This document shows, one piece after another, positions 29,930-40,276 of a stretch of 64,000 nt of DNA. The stretch is from NCBI GenBank assembly GCA_963745035.1, contig CAVUVW010000019.1:1-64000 (forward strand). Direction: 5' to 3'. Origin of the DNA: an uncultured delta proteobacterium. GTDB lineage: Bacteria > Desulfobacterota > Binatia > UBA9968. The position numbers were made by a program, and so were the translations under genes. The notes beneath the pieces are model-generated. The model was given only the letters and a program-made list of their open reading frames with translations, did no database searches and had not been told where the DNA came from. How positions within the stretch are numbered: position 1 is the stretch's first letter; each line of letters begins with the position of its first letter.

Positions 29930-30244
29930 CTAGATCAGAAACACGCGGTGGAGTTTGTGGAGCTGCGAATGTTTTCGGAACTCGAGAACCAGATCAAGAT
30001 GACAGATCGTCGCGATCAGAGTCACAAGCGCGACGTTGGGCTGTTTGGTTCGGCTGGCCGACTCGATGATATTGTTCGCGAGAGGTCCCCATCCGCCTCG
30101 TTTTGATCCGGCGCCGCCGGCATCGTCGGGCGCCGTTGAAACAGCGGCTTGGCCGGGCACTTCGTCCAGGTCTTCGACGACGTCGAACCCAGAAAGGCTG
30201 ATCCAGCCGAAAATGAGCAGAGCGGATACAAGCCTCCTGCACAT
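29930..30244 (-). CDS. Putative leader protein (ends HKLHRVFLI*)
   Basis: MCRRLVSALLIFGWISLSGFDVVEDLD..LANNIIESA..HSQLHKLHRVFLI-TAG. Confidence 0.6.
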   Translation of the reverse strand: MCRRLVSALLIFGWISLSGFDVVEDLDEVPGQAAVSTAPDDAGGAGSKRGGWGPLANNIIESASRTKQPNVALVTLIATICHLDLVLEFRKHSQLHKLHRVFLI

Positions 30245-30364
30245 GCGCGGGATCATCGGCGCAATAGGGGAGGTTGTCAAGCGCAACGAGTCGAAACCAG
30301 TCACGATCGTGACCGGCGCTCGAAGAAGAATGCCTGCACGATCCTGCGGGCATTACATCAAAAA

Positions 30365-32417
30365 TCACCAAGCGGCGACGAGGTTGTACAATCGCTCCTG
30401 CGAGCGCAGTGGGATTTGGTCCTTGGCGCCGGCTCTCCCGTAGCGACCGTCGGAGTGCATGTGCCAGCCTTTGACGTTGTCGGCGAGCTGGGTTTCTAAA
30501 ATTTCCTTCAGGTGGTTTTGCAGGGCGGGCTCGATGACGGGGAAGGCGATTTCCACCCGGCGGTCGAAATTGCGCAGCATCCAGTCGGCGGAGGCCAGCA
30601 GATAGATCGGCTCGCCGCCGTTTTGAAAATAAAAGATCCGCGCATGTTCGAGATAGCGATCGACGACGGAGATCACCCGGATGCGCTCCGAGAGGCCGGG
30701 CACGCCCGGACGCAGGCTGCACATGCCGCGCACGATCAGATCGATCTGCACGCCGGCCTCGGCGGCAAGATAGAGCTCTTCGATGATAGAAGGATCGATC
30801 AAGCTGTTTACTTTGGCGATAAGCCGCGCCGGCTTGCCGGCGCGCGCGTGCTCGGCTTCCTTGCGGATGTGGCTTAGAAAAGACTCGCGCAGGCCGAACG
30901 GCGCGAGCACGAGGTGGTTGAATCTCTGCGGCCGGGTGTAGCCGGTCAAGAGATTGAATAGCTCGGTCAGGTCCTGCCCAAAAGTCTCCCGGCAAGTGAA
31001 AAGCCCAATGTCGCTGTACACGCCCGCCGTGCGCGTATTGTAGTTTCCCGTCGCGAGATGGCAGTAGCGCCGGATGCCCTCGGCCTCCTGGCGCACGACC
31101 AGGCAGACTTTGCAGTGGGTCTTGTAGCCGACCAAACCGTAGACCACGTGGGCGCCGACTTCTTCCAGGGCGCGCGCCCAGGTGATGTTCGCCTCTTCAT
31201 CGAAGCGCGCCTGGAGCTCGACGAGGACGGAAACCTCCTTGCCCGCTTCCGCCGCCTTGGTGAGCGCGTGCGCTATCGGCGAAGTCGGGCTCACTCGGTA
31301 AAGCGTCATCTTGATCGCGAGCACTTTGGGGTCTTTCGCGGCTTCCTCGACGAAGCGGGTCACCGCTTCGAACGATTGATACGGATGAAACGCGAGCACG
31401 TCGCCGGCGCGGATCGCGCTCCAGACATCCGGCGCGCGATCGAAGGCGGGAAGAGAAAACGCGAGCTGCGGGCGATCCTTGAAACGCGGCGCGTTGACCG
31501 AGGCGTAGAGTTGATTCAAATCGGTGAAGGCCGTGAAGCCCGCGCCGGGATAGAGATCTTCCGGCGCGAGCTCCAATTCTTCGGTGAGCTTGGCGACGAT
31601 TCCCGGCGGCAGATCCGGATCGTATTGCAGGCGCACGGCGTCGCCCATGCGCCGCTCGCGCACGCCTTGCTCGATGGCGCCGAGCAGATCTTCGTCGCGC
31701 CGGCGCGGGATCAAAAAATCCGCATCGCGGGTCACGCGAATGGCATGGCAGGAAAGGATTTCAAAGCCGTGGTACAGGCGCGGCAGATACTGATGCAGCG
31801 CGTCTTCGAGCAGCACGAACGCGTATCGGCCCTCCGGCGCCGGCAGCGCGATGAAGCGCGGCGCGACGTGGCTGGGAATGTGGACCACCGAAAGATCGGT
31901 GTGCGGCAGGCGCGACGCGACCGTTGGCGCGGAGGGAAAAGATCAGGCACAGAGAGCGGTTCGCGAGATAAGGAAACGGATGGCCGGGATCGATGGCGAG
32001 GGGCGTGACGATCGGATAGAGCGTGCGGTGAAAAAACTCTTCGAGAAAACGCTCCTGCTCCCGGCCCATTTCTTCGGGCCGAAGCAGATGAATTCCCTCT
32101 TCGGTTAGGCGCGGCAGGATGGTATTCAAAAAACACAGGTGCTGCTCGGCGGCGAGCTCGTGAACCTGTTTGGAAATTGCCTTGAGCGCCTCGGGTGGCG
32201 TCAAGCCGTCGGGGCCCGCGCTCGGCTCATTGTCACGAATCAGGCGCTTCAGCCGGGCGATCCGGACCATGAAGAACTCATCGAGATTCGAGCTGAAGAT
32301 CGATAGAAACTTTACTCTTTCGAGCAGCGGAACGGTTTCGTCTTTGGCCTCTTCGAGCACCCGGCGATTGAACTCCAACCAGGACAATTCGCGATTGATA
32401 TACGTGTTGGCGTCCAT
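30365..32417 (-). CDS. ppk1: Polyphosphate kinase 1, frameshift near 31900
   Basis: INRELSWLEFNRRV, FSSNLDEFFMVR, HPFP; then HPYQSF, IKMTLYR, ELQARFDE, KTHCK, RYLEHAR, SADWM.RN. Confidence 0.93.
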
Positions 32418-32740
32418 GTGTGACCCGCGGCGATGTGCCGTCTGAGTTGAAAAAACACTCCTAGCCCACCCCGTGGCGCAATTGGTTACGGAAATGTGAA
32501 GTTAAGATGAAGAGCACTGGAGGCTTGTTTGCACGTCTGTGCTTCTTGGAAAAGCGCGTGAGATAGATGTTCTCATAGTCGAAATGACAGGCGTGTACTA
32601 TTGTTATGATTCCGAACGGATGTAGGGATCCGTTTCCAACGCGATTGTCGGCATCTGCGGGCTGAGTCGAAGCTGAGGAATCACTTTGTGGTCAATCGCG
32701 CCGTCTGCCGCGCTGGGATTTTTGAGATGACTGGGGCCTG

Positions 32741-33862
32741 CTAGACGATTTCCAGGGCGATGGAGAAGGCGATGAGCAGGATGATCACCCATTCGAGAAT
32801 CTCCATGCGCCGGGTCGAGGCCTGGTCGGAGATTTTCTCGTAGATGCTTTCCAGAGTCTCCAGCTTGCGCAGAATGCTCTGGTCCCATTCGTCGAGGTGA
32901 AACCGGCGATTGACCATGCGATAGACCCGCGCCAGATATTGATCGCCGACGAGCTTGAGGGTGTTGTTGACGCCTTCGAATAGCGTCGCGTTGTCGACTT
33001 GCAGCTCGGCCACGCTGCGCAAATCGGCGTTGTAAGATCCAAGGAACGAAGACAGCCCCCAAGATCGCCGGACGAGGGTCTCGTGCGCCTGGTCCAGCGC
33101 GAGATCGAGCTTCTGATCCACGTAGCGCATTTCCAGCAATTCGACGTTGGCGAATTCCAGCAGCGCGCGCACATCCTCGCCTTCTTTGTCGACGATCAGC
33201 GCCGCGTTCCAGTCCACCAACGTGATGTCGTTGGTGCCGTAGGAGAATTTTACCGCCAGCGCGTCCTCGATTTCCTGATCGGAGAGGGGTTGAGACTCGG
33301 CGCGCAGAATTTGCACGATGGGCCGGGCATATTCTTCACAGAATCGGTCAAGGTCGAAAAACGCGGCAAAGCTCTCGACGTGAAACACGACGTAGTCTTC
33401 CACCACCGGCGAGGGATGGGGCTTACTCGCGGCGTCGCCGATCACTGCCAAGAGCCGATCGACCCGGAGCCGCGAATCGGCGAGCAGCACTTCATTATCG
33501 TAAAGCTCTTCACTGAGCCCCAGCAGATTTTGAAACGGGCCGTCGATCGGCACGGTGTAGACGACGGACACCGCGCCAAAATCGTAGATCATGAGATCGA
33601 CGCTCGGCCGGCTCGTGAACTTGCCCAGAACAAAAGCGTCGGCATGGCTCGTGGTTCGGACCGGCGGCGGTTGATACTCGAAATAGCTCGGCGTGCGGCG
33701 CTTGTGGGCGATGGTAGGCCGCTCGGTGGCTTGTTGGATGCGGCGTTCCGCCTCGCCGAGATCGATGGCGCGCGCCGCGTCGTACGCAAAGCTCACGTAG
33801 CATGAGCCGTTTTGAACCACCGGGGGCATGATCGTTGCGGGGCGCGTATCCACGACAGTCAT
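32741..33862 (-). CDS. RMD1/DUF155-like protein
   Basis: YDFGAV, GDQYLARVY, W..SI.RKL, C-terminal MEILEWVIILLIA helix. Confidence 0.65.
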   Translation of the reverse strand: MTVVDTRPATIMPPVVQNGSCYVSFAYDAARAIDLGEAERRIQQATERPTIAHKRRTPSYFEYQPPPVRTTSHADAFVLGKFTSRPSVDLMIYDFGAVSVVYTVPIDGPFQNLLGLSEELYDNEVLLADSRLRVDRLLAVIGDAASKPHPSPVVEDYVVFHVESFAAFFDLDRFCEEYARPIVQILRAESQPLSDQEIEDALAVKFSYGTNDITLVDWNAALIVDKEGEDVRALLEFANVELLEMRYVDQKLDLALDQAHETLVRRSWGLSSFLGSYNADLRSVAELQVDNATLFEGVNNTLKLVGDQYLARVYRMVNRRFHLDEWDQSILRKLETLESIYEKISDQASTRRMEILEWVIILLIAFSIALEIV

Positions 33863-34077
33863 AATTCCAGGCTAGCATGTAAACCGCTATCGGCCCAGGC
33901 GGCGCATCGACGCGGTAATCAGATCGTGACCAGGCACGGTGTCCGGCGCGAATAAACTTTTCACGATCGCTTCACTGACGCGCAATGTCGGGATTACACG
34001 ACGGTGGCATGGTCGCGCCGACATGCAGTCAGAGCAAGATGTCGACGCCCGCCATCAGGGGCCGAAGGGAGACGCCG

Positions 34078-34470
34078 ATGGACGATCATTTTCTATTTGC
34101 CATATTCTCGCCCGACGAGACTTTGAGCTGTGACTCCACCTACAATTATGCGCAGTGGCGCCAATGCGAGCCGGAAAGAAATCTGCTCGCCGCGGTGTTG
34201 AAAGACGCACTGTTGACCTACAAGAGGCGCTTTTCTTTGGGCGATGCGCGCTTCAGGGAGGCGGAGCGCTGGCTGTTCAGCGAAGACTCGGACGGGCTTT
34301 TTGCATTCAAGTCGGTATGCTCGATGTTGAATCTGAGCGCCGACCGGATCCGCAAGGACCTGCGCGCCTTCGCCGGCGCGGTCGGCGAATCTCCGGGTTT
34401 CGGTCAACCGCGCCGCTCGCGGGCTGTCAGAAGCCGCGAAAGAGAGCGCAGCGATCTCCCGCGCTGTTAA
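34078..34470 (+). CDS. Hypothetical protein (PERxLLAAVLxDA..EAxxW..FxFxxVC type)
   Basis: SD AGGGAG before the ATG at 34078; compact helical sequence. Confidence 0.6.
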   Translation: MDDHFLFAIFSPDETLSCDSTYNYAQWRQCEPERNLLAAVLKDALLTYKRRFSLGDARFREAERWLFSEDSDGLFAFKSVCSMLNLSADRIRKDLRAFAGAVGESPGFGQPRRSRAVRSRERERSDLPRC

Positions 34471-34890
34471 GCGGCTGCGGCGCCGGGCCGTTCAGTCGGC
34501 GCGCTGTTTGGTGGTTCAGCCCCGTTCGCGCGTGACGCCGAGCGCGGTCGCGCAAAGGGCCCGGCAGCCTCTGCGCCCTTGCCAATCGCGTTGCCCGGCC
34601 GGTTTAACGGACATTGACGGCCAAACGAATTGTCGGTGAACGTGGAATTAAGCGAGCGGAGTGTTAGGCGGATGGAGAGAGTTCGTTCGGGTTTGAAAGA
34701 TTTCACTGCCGCTTTGAGAAGGATGGCGGCTTCTGCGCGGCGATCTTTGGATAAGCACGTCCGCTGAAGATTCCGTTGCGGCGCGCTCGCGCGCACGAGC
34801 TACTGTTCTAACGAGCTAGCGAACGGAAACAAAGATTCACGCTAGAAGCATGGGGAATAACGGAAGAGGTAGGCAGAAAGACTTGGCAGG

Positions 34891-36159
34891 CTACTCAGAT
34901 GCCGAGACTACCCGAATCGTTCCGCTCATGTACGGATGGATGGAACAGAAATAGTCCAAGTCGCCGGCCTGGGCGAAGCTTGCGCTGTAGCTCGATCCGG
35001 GCATCAAAGTATCCGAGCTCATGCGGCCCTTGACTTCGACGTTGTGCGGCGCGCCGTCGGCGTTGACCCAGGTCACGGTATTTCCCGCGGAGATTTGCAG
35101 GAGGGCCGGAACGAAAGCGAAATTGCTGATCGTGATGCGGCGGCTCGATGAGCTCTGCGGCGCCGGCGCGCTTTGCACGGCGATCTTGCGCGGCGCATTG
35201 CCGACGCGGACAGTTGTAACCGCGCCGCTCTCCAGATCGACGATCGACACATCGTTGGAGTCTTCGTTTGTCGTCAATGCGGTTTTTCCACCCGGGCCGC
35301 CGGCCACCCAATGCGGCCGCGAGCCCACTTGGATCGACTTCTCGAGCCGGTTCGTTTGCGGGTCGAAAACGGCGAGAAGGCTGGGGCCTTGCACCGCGGT
35401 GAGGCCGCGCTTTCCGTCGGCGGTGAAGTTGGCGTAGTGCGGTGAGACACCCACCTGTATTTCAGCGACGATGCGGTTGCTGGCAGGATCGACCGCGAGC
35501 ACGGATTCGACTCCGGCCTGAGTGATGTAAAGATGGCTCCCGTTCGGTCCGAACTCCAGGCCGCGCGGGGTTTTCTCCAAGGGCACCATGTCCTTAAGCT
35601 TGCGTTCCGGCAGATCGATAATCGCCAGCGCAAATTTCCCCGGCGTCTGAGAGCCGACGTAAGCAGTCCGGCCGTTCGGGTGGATAGCGATGTTGTGCGG
35701 CTTGCCGACCGCCACGCTGGCGATCACTTTGCGGCTGGCGGTGTCGATGAGCGCCACGGAATCGGTGTCGTAGACGCCGACGAGCACGAGCTTGCCGTCC
35801 GGCGTTGCCGCGACGCCGTGGGGGTTTTTACCGACCTCGATGTTCTCGACGACTTTATCGGTGGCGCTGTCGATGACGCTCACGGTGGACGCGCCGTCGC
35901 TGGCGACGTATACCCAGCGATTATCAGGCGTGATCGCGATACCGTGCGGGCCCGCCGGCACGGCAATCGTCGCCGTCACGCGCCTTTGTTCGAGATCGAT
36001 TACGCTGATCGTGTTGTCCTTGAAGTTGCCGACATAGGCCTTCGGACCGGCGGAAAATGCTAGGCTGCTGCTCAGGATGATTGCGGCCGCTAACAGAATC
36101 GCAACCGACGAGCGATTGCGGAAAACCCCGATTTGTTGAAGGCTGGGCGTCCGGTACAT
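34891..36159 (-). CDS. YVTN beta-propeller protein with C-terminal cupredoxin
   Basis: SD GGAGG; repeated VSVID..VGxxPH blades; PHNV and YFCSIHPYM type-1 Cu ligands. Confidence 0.88.
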   Translation of the reverse strand: MYRTPSLQQIGVFRNRSSVAILLAAAIILSSSLAFSAGPKAYVGNFKDNTISVIDLEQRRVTATIAVPAGPHGIAITPDNRWVYVASDGASTVSVIDSATDKVVENIEVGKNPHGVAATPDGKLVLVGVYDTDSVALIDTASRKVIASVAVGKPHNIAIHPNGRTAYVGSQTPGKFALAIIDLPERKLKDMVPLEKTPRGLEFGPNGSHLYITQAGVESVLAVDPASNRIVAEIQVGVSPHYANFTADGKRGLTAVQGPSLLAVFDPQTNRLEKSIQVGSRPHWVAGGPGGKTALTTNEDSNDVSIVDLESGAVTTVRVGNAPRKIAVQSAPAPQSSSSRRITISNFAFVPALLQISAGNTVTWVNADGAPHNVEVKGRMSSDTLMPGSSYSASFAQAGDLDYFCSIHPYMSGTIRVVSASE

Positions 36160-36194
36160 GGTTTCCTCCGCGAGCGAGATTTGCGATATTCGCA

Positions 36195-36221
36195 AGACCG
36201 CAGGGAAGGGAGCTTTATTCC
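36195..36221 (-). promoter_or_regulatory. ECF promoter driving the YVTN-cupredoxin gene
   Basis: GGAATAAA-13 nt-CGGTCT. Confidence 0.75.
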
Positions 36222-36236
36222 GGCGCCTGAGTATCG

Positions 36237-36263
36237 GGAATAAAATCGTCGTCGCAGCGGTCT
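36237..36263 (+). promoter_or_regulatory. Autoregulatory ECF promoter
   Basis: Same boxes and spacing, GGAATAAA-13 nt-CGGTCT, on the opposite strand. Confidence 0.75.
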
Positions 36264-36283
36264 AACACAAATGGGGCCTGGTC

Positions 36284-36826
36284 TTGGACAACAAGAGATT
36301 ACGCTTTGAAAGGAGCGTGTCGCCCCACGTGGACGCGGCCTACAATCTGGCGCGCTGGCTCACCCGCAACGAGCACGACGCCGAGGACGTGGTTCAGGAA
36401 GCGCTGCTTCGAGCGTTCACGTTTTTCGATGGCTTTCGCGGCGTAGATTCCCGCGCCTGGGTACTCAAGATCGTGCGCAATACGTGCTTTACATGGCTCC
36501 ACGCCAATCGACCCAGAGAAGTCACCGCCGTGGACTCCAGCGAGCTCAATGAAATACCGCCGGCGCTCTACAGTGGAGCGGGCGACGATCCCGAAGCTCT
36601 CGCCCTGCGCCGCACCACCGCGACGGAGCTCAATGACGCGCTTGCCGGCCTTCCCGCGCCGCTCCGCGAAGTCATGGTGCTCCGCGAGCTCGAAGGATTG
36701 TCCTACAAAGATATCGCCGCGGTGATCGACGCGCCGATCGGCACTGTCATGTCGCGGCTGGCGCGCGCTCGCGCCGATTTGCGGCGCAGCCTGCTGCAGT
36801 CTCACTGCAAAGGCGGTGGCCGATGA
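36284..36826 (+). CDS. ECF sigma factor (ECF26-like)
   Basis: AYNLARWL..DAEDVVQEA, AWVLKIVRN, GLSYKDIA..PIGTVMSRLARAR. Confidence 0.92.
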   Translation: MDNKRLRFERSVSPHVDAAYNLARWLTRNEHDAEDVVQEALLRAFTFFDGFRGVDSRAWVLKIVRNTCFTWLHANRPREVTAVDSSELNEIPPALYSGAGDDPEALALRRTTATELNDALAGLPAPLREVMVLRELEGLSYKDIAAVIDAPIGTVMSRLARARADLRRSLLQSHCKGGGR

Positions 36827-37578
36827 CGCCCGATCGCGCGCGTATCCTGCTGCACGCTTATCTCGACGGCGAGCTGGACGCAGCGTCTACGATCGAGTTG
36901 GAGGGCGAGATCGATCGCTCGCCGGTGCTGCGCCAGGAACTGGCGCGCCTATCCGCGCTGCAAAATGCGCTGCGTGAAGACGCGGCGCGATTCCAAGCGC
37001 CTCACGGTTTGGCCGAGCGCGTGTTCGCGGCTGTGGTCGCGCCGCAAGCAAGGAGCAGCGACAAGGTGCCGTCGTGGTGGCGCGCTTGGGCCATCGGGGC
37101 GAGCGCGGTTGCGGCGGCGCTGCTGGTCTGGGCCTTGGGGTCCGGCGTTTTCAATGCGCATCGGAGCGCAAGTTCAATGCAAGAAGTCGTGAGCGCGCAC
37201 ATTCGTTCGCTTATGGCCGATCACCTGACCGATCTGGCATCGGCGGAGCGCCATTCCGTCAAACCCTGGTTGTCCAACCGGCTCGATTTCGCGCCGCCGG
37301 TGCAAGACCTCGAGAGCCACGGCTTTCATCTCGTCGGAGGGAGGCTGGATTATCTCGGCGGGAAAGCGGTGGCGGCGGTCGTTTATCGGCATCGTCAACA
37401 CCTCATCAACGTTTTTGTCTGGCCGTCGGCGGAGGAAACTTCTGCAGATGTGCGCGAAGCCAACGAGCGCGGCTACAATACGGCGCGCTTCCACTCCAAA
37501 GGAATGAATTATTGGGCCGTGTCTGACGTGAATATGCAAGATCTCCGCAAGCTTGCAGAGTTATTGCTCAGCCGATAA
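36823..37578 (+). CDS. Transmembrane anti-sigma factor
   Basis: LHAYLDGEL, TM helix, HSVKPW..LDFAPPV, LVGGRLDY, YWAVSD. Confidence 0.88.
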   Translation: MTPDRARILLHAYLDGELDAASTIELEGEIDRSPVLRQELARLSALQNALREDAARFQAPHGLAERVFAAVVAPQARSSDKVPSWWRAWAIGASAVAAALLVWALGSGVFNAHRSASSMQEVVSAHIRSLMADHLTDLASAERHSVKPWLSNRLDFAPPVQDLESHGFHLVGGRLDYLGGKAVAAVVYRHRQHLINVFVWPSAEETSADVREANERGYNTARFHSKGMNYWAVSDVNMQDLRKLAELLLSR

Positions 37579-37787
37579 ATCAACTCCTCGCGCGCCGTAA
37601 ATTCCAACCTCAGTGTTTGAAGATCCTGTCTGATTGGTCGTCCTCACGGGAAGATAAAGCGAACCCCTGCGCGCGAGGTTGAGCCGCGGCGGGGATCGCT
37701 TATATTGGAAAAGTAGCAGAGCATTCCGTAAGGGATGATCGAGCCAACCGCGCGCCAAAAATTCCGCCCGGAAGTGAAGCCGCCAAA

Positions 37788-38782
<995 letters not shown>

Positions 38783-38786
<4 letters not shown>

Positions 38787-39559
38787 GCAGACTGGTATTC
38801 AATCGACATGGCGTCTGGGCGATCTACAAGTTCGAGATGGCGCGCGCATTGCGCACGCTCTGGCAGAGCCTGGTGACGCCGGTGATCACGACCTCGCTTT
38901 ACTTCATCGTCTTCGGCTCGGCCATCGGCTCGCGCATGACCGAAGTGCACGGCGTGGCGTACGGCGCCTTCATCGTGCCGGGGCTGATCATGCTCTCCTT
39001 GTTCACTCAAAGCATTTTCAACGGCTCGTTCGGCATTCACTTCCCGAAGTTCATCGGTACGATCTACGAGATCCTGTCCGCGCCGGTGTCTTACTTGGAG
39101 ATCGTCCTCGCCTACGTCGGCGCGGCGGCGACCAAGTCGATCGTGCTTGGCCTGGTGATTCTGGCTACGGCGGCGCTGTTCGTGCCGATCAAAATTTTGC
39201 ACCCGTTTTGGATGATCGTTTTTTTGGTGTTGACGGCGACGACCTTCAGCCTGTTCGGCTTTATCATCGGCATCTGGGCAAAAAATTTCGAGCAACTCCA
39301 GTTTATTCCCATGCTCATCATCACGCCGTTGACCTTTCTCGGCGGCGCTTTCTATTCCATCGACATGCTGCCGCCGGGCTGGCGCACCATCGCGCTATTC
39401 AACCCGGTGGTCTATCTGATCAGCGGTTTCCGCTGGAGCTTCTACGAGTCGTCGGACGTCAACGTGGCAGTGAGTCTGGCGATGACTTTGGGATTCTTCG
39501 CCGTTTGCCTGGCGATCGTGAGCTGGATCTTCCGCACCGGCTACCGGCTGAAAAACTGA
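38783..39559 (+). CDS. ABC-2 permease (YadH-like)
   Basis: [37 protein letters not shown]. Confidence 0.9.
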
Positions 39560-39789
39560 AACAATGTCTTTTTGGCTTAATCGGAAGCCTTTATGAAGAT
39601 CTAAGTTCTCCGCCGTAATGAGAATTTAAACGCGCGGGCATTGAACTCGGCATAGTGTTGGTTCACCTTGCAATCTAGTCGTGGGCGCTTGACGTTCGTA
39701 GTTGTTGGCAAACTGATTGGCAGAGCACGTATTCGAAACCGTGAGTAGTTCTTTGATTCAGTGAATCTGAGACGACGTATGGAGGAAAA

Positions 39790-40008
39790 ATGTTTGGTCT
39801 TGGTATTCCAGAACTGATGATCATTCTAGTTATCGGGGTAGTTTTGTTTGGCTCCAGCAAGCTGCCCCAGCTCGGCAGTGGACTTGGCAGGGCAATACGC
39901 GATTTCAGGAAAGAAGTAACCGGCAATCAGAATAGCGCTGACGAATCCAAAAAGGACGAGCCGAAAAACTTTACAGGGCAGATAGATTCGATTCGTAAGG
40001 AAGCTTAA
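39790..40008 (+). CDS. tatA: Twin-arginine translocase TatA
   Basis: MFGLGIPEL..LFG..KLPQLG..LG.AIRDF; SD GGAGG. Confidence 0.9.
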   Translation: MFGLGIPELMIILVIGVVLFGSSKLPQLGSGLGRAIRDFRKEVTGNQNSADESKKDEPKNFTGQIDSIRKEA

Positions 40009-40276
40009 TCCTGTGCTGCTAGTCGTACGAGGAAGATCACGATCAGCAGAACCTTATCACTCTACTCGGTTGCCGCGGTAAAACCCGGATAGTCTGAATC
40101 CGGACATCACCTCAGTCAACAGCTCCGCATTGCAGAGGTCGACGCTGCGTTAGAACAACGTTACCGGCGAGACCGTCTCAACTTCATCAAGATATATTCA
40201 ATCGTTAATACAGATCTCACACGACAGACCGAAAAGGCCCTCGTGCGGTCAAAAATACAGTGAGAGGGGCTTTTTT

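Noticed and set aside
34671-34766. 31-aa ORF MERVRSGLKDF...
   Set aside because: No clear SD, motif or homology I can recognise.
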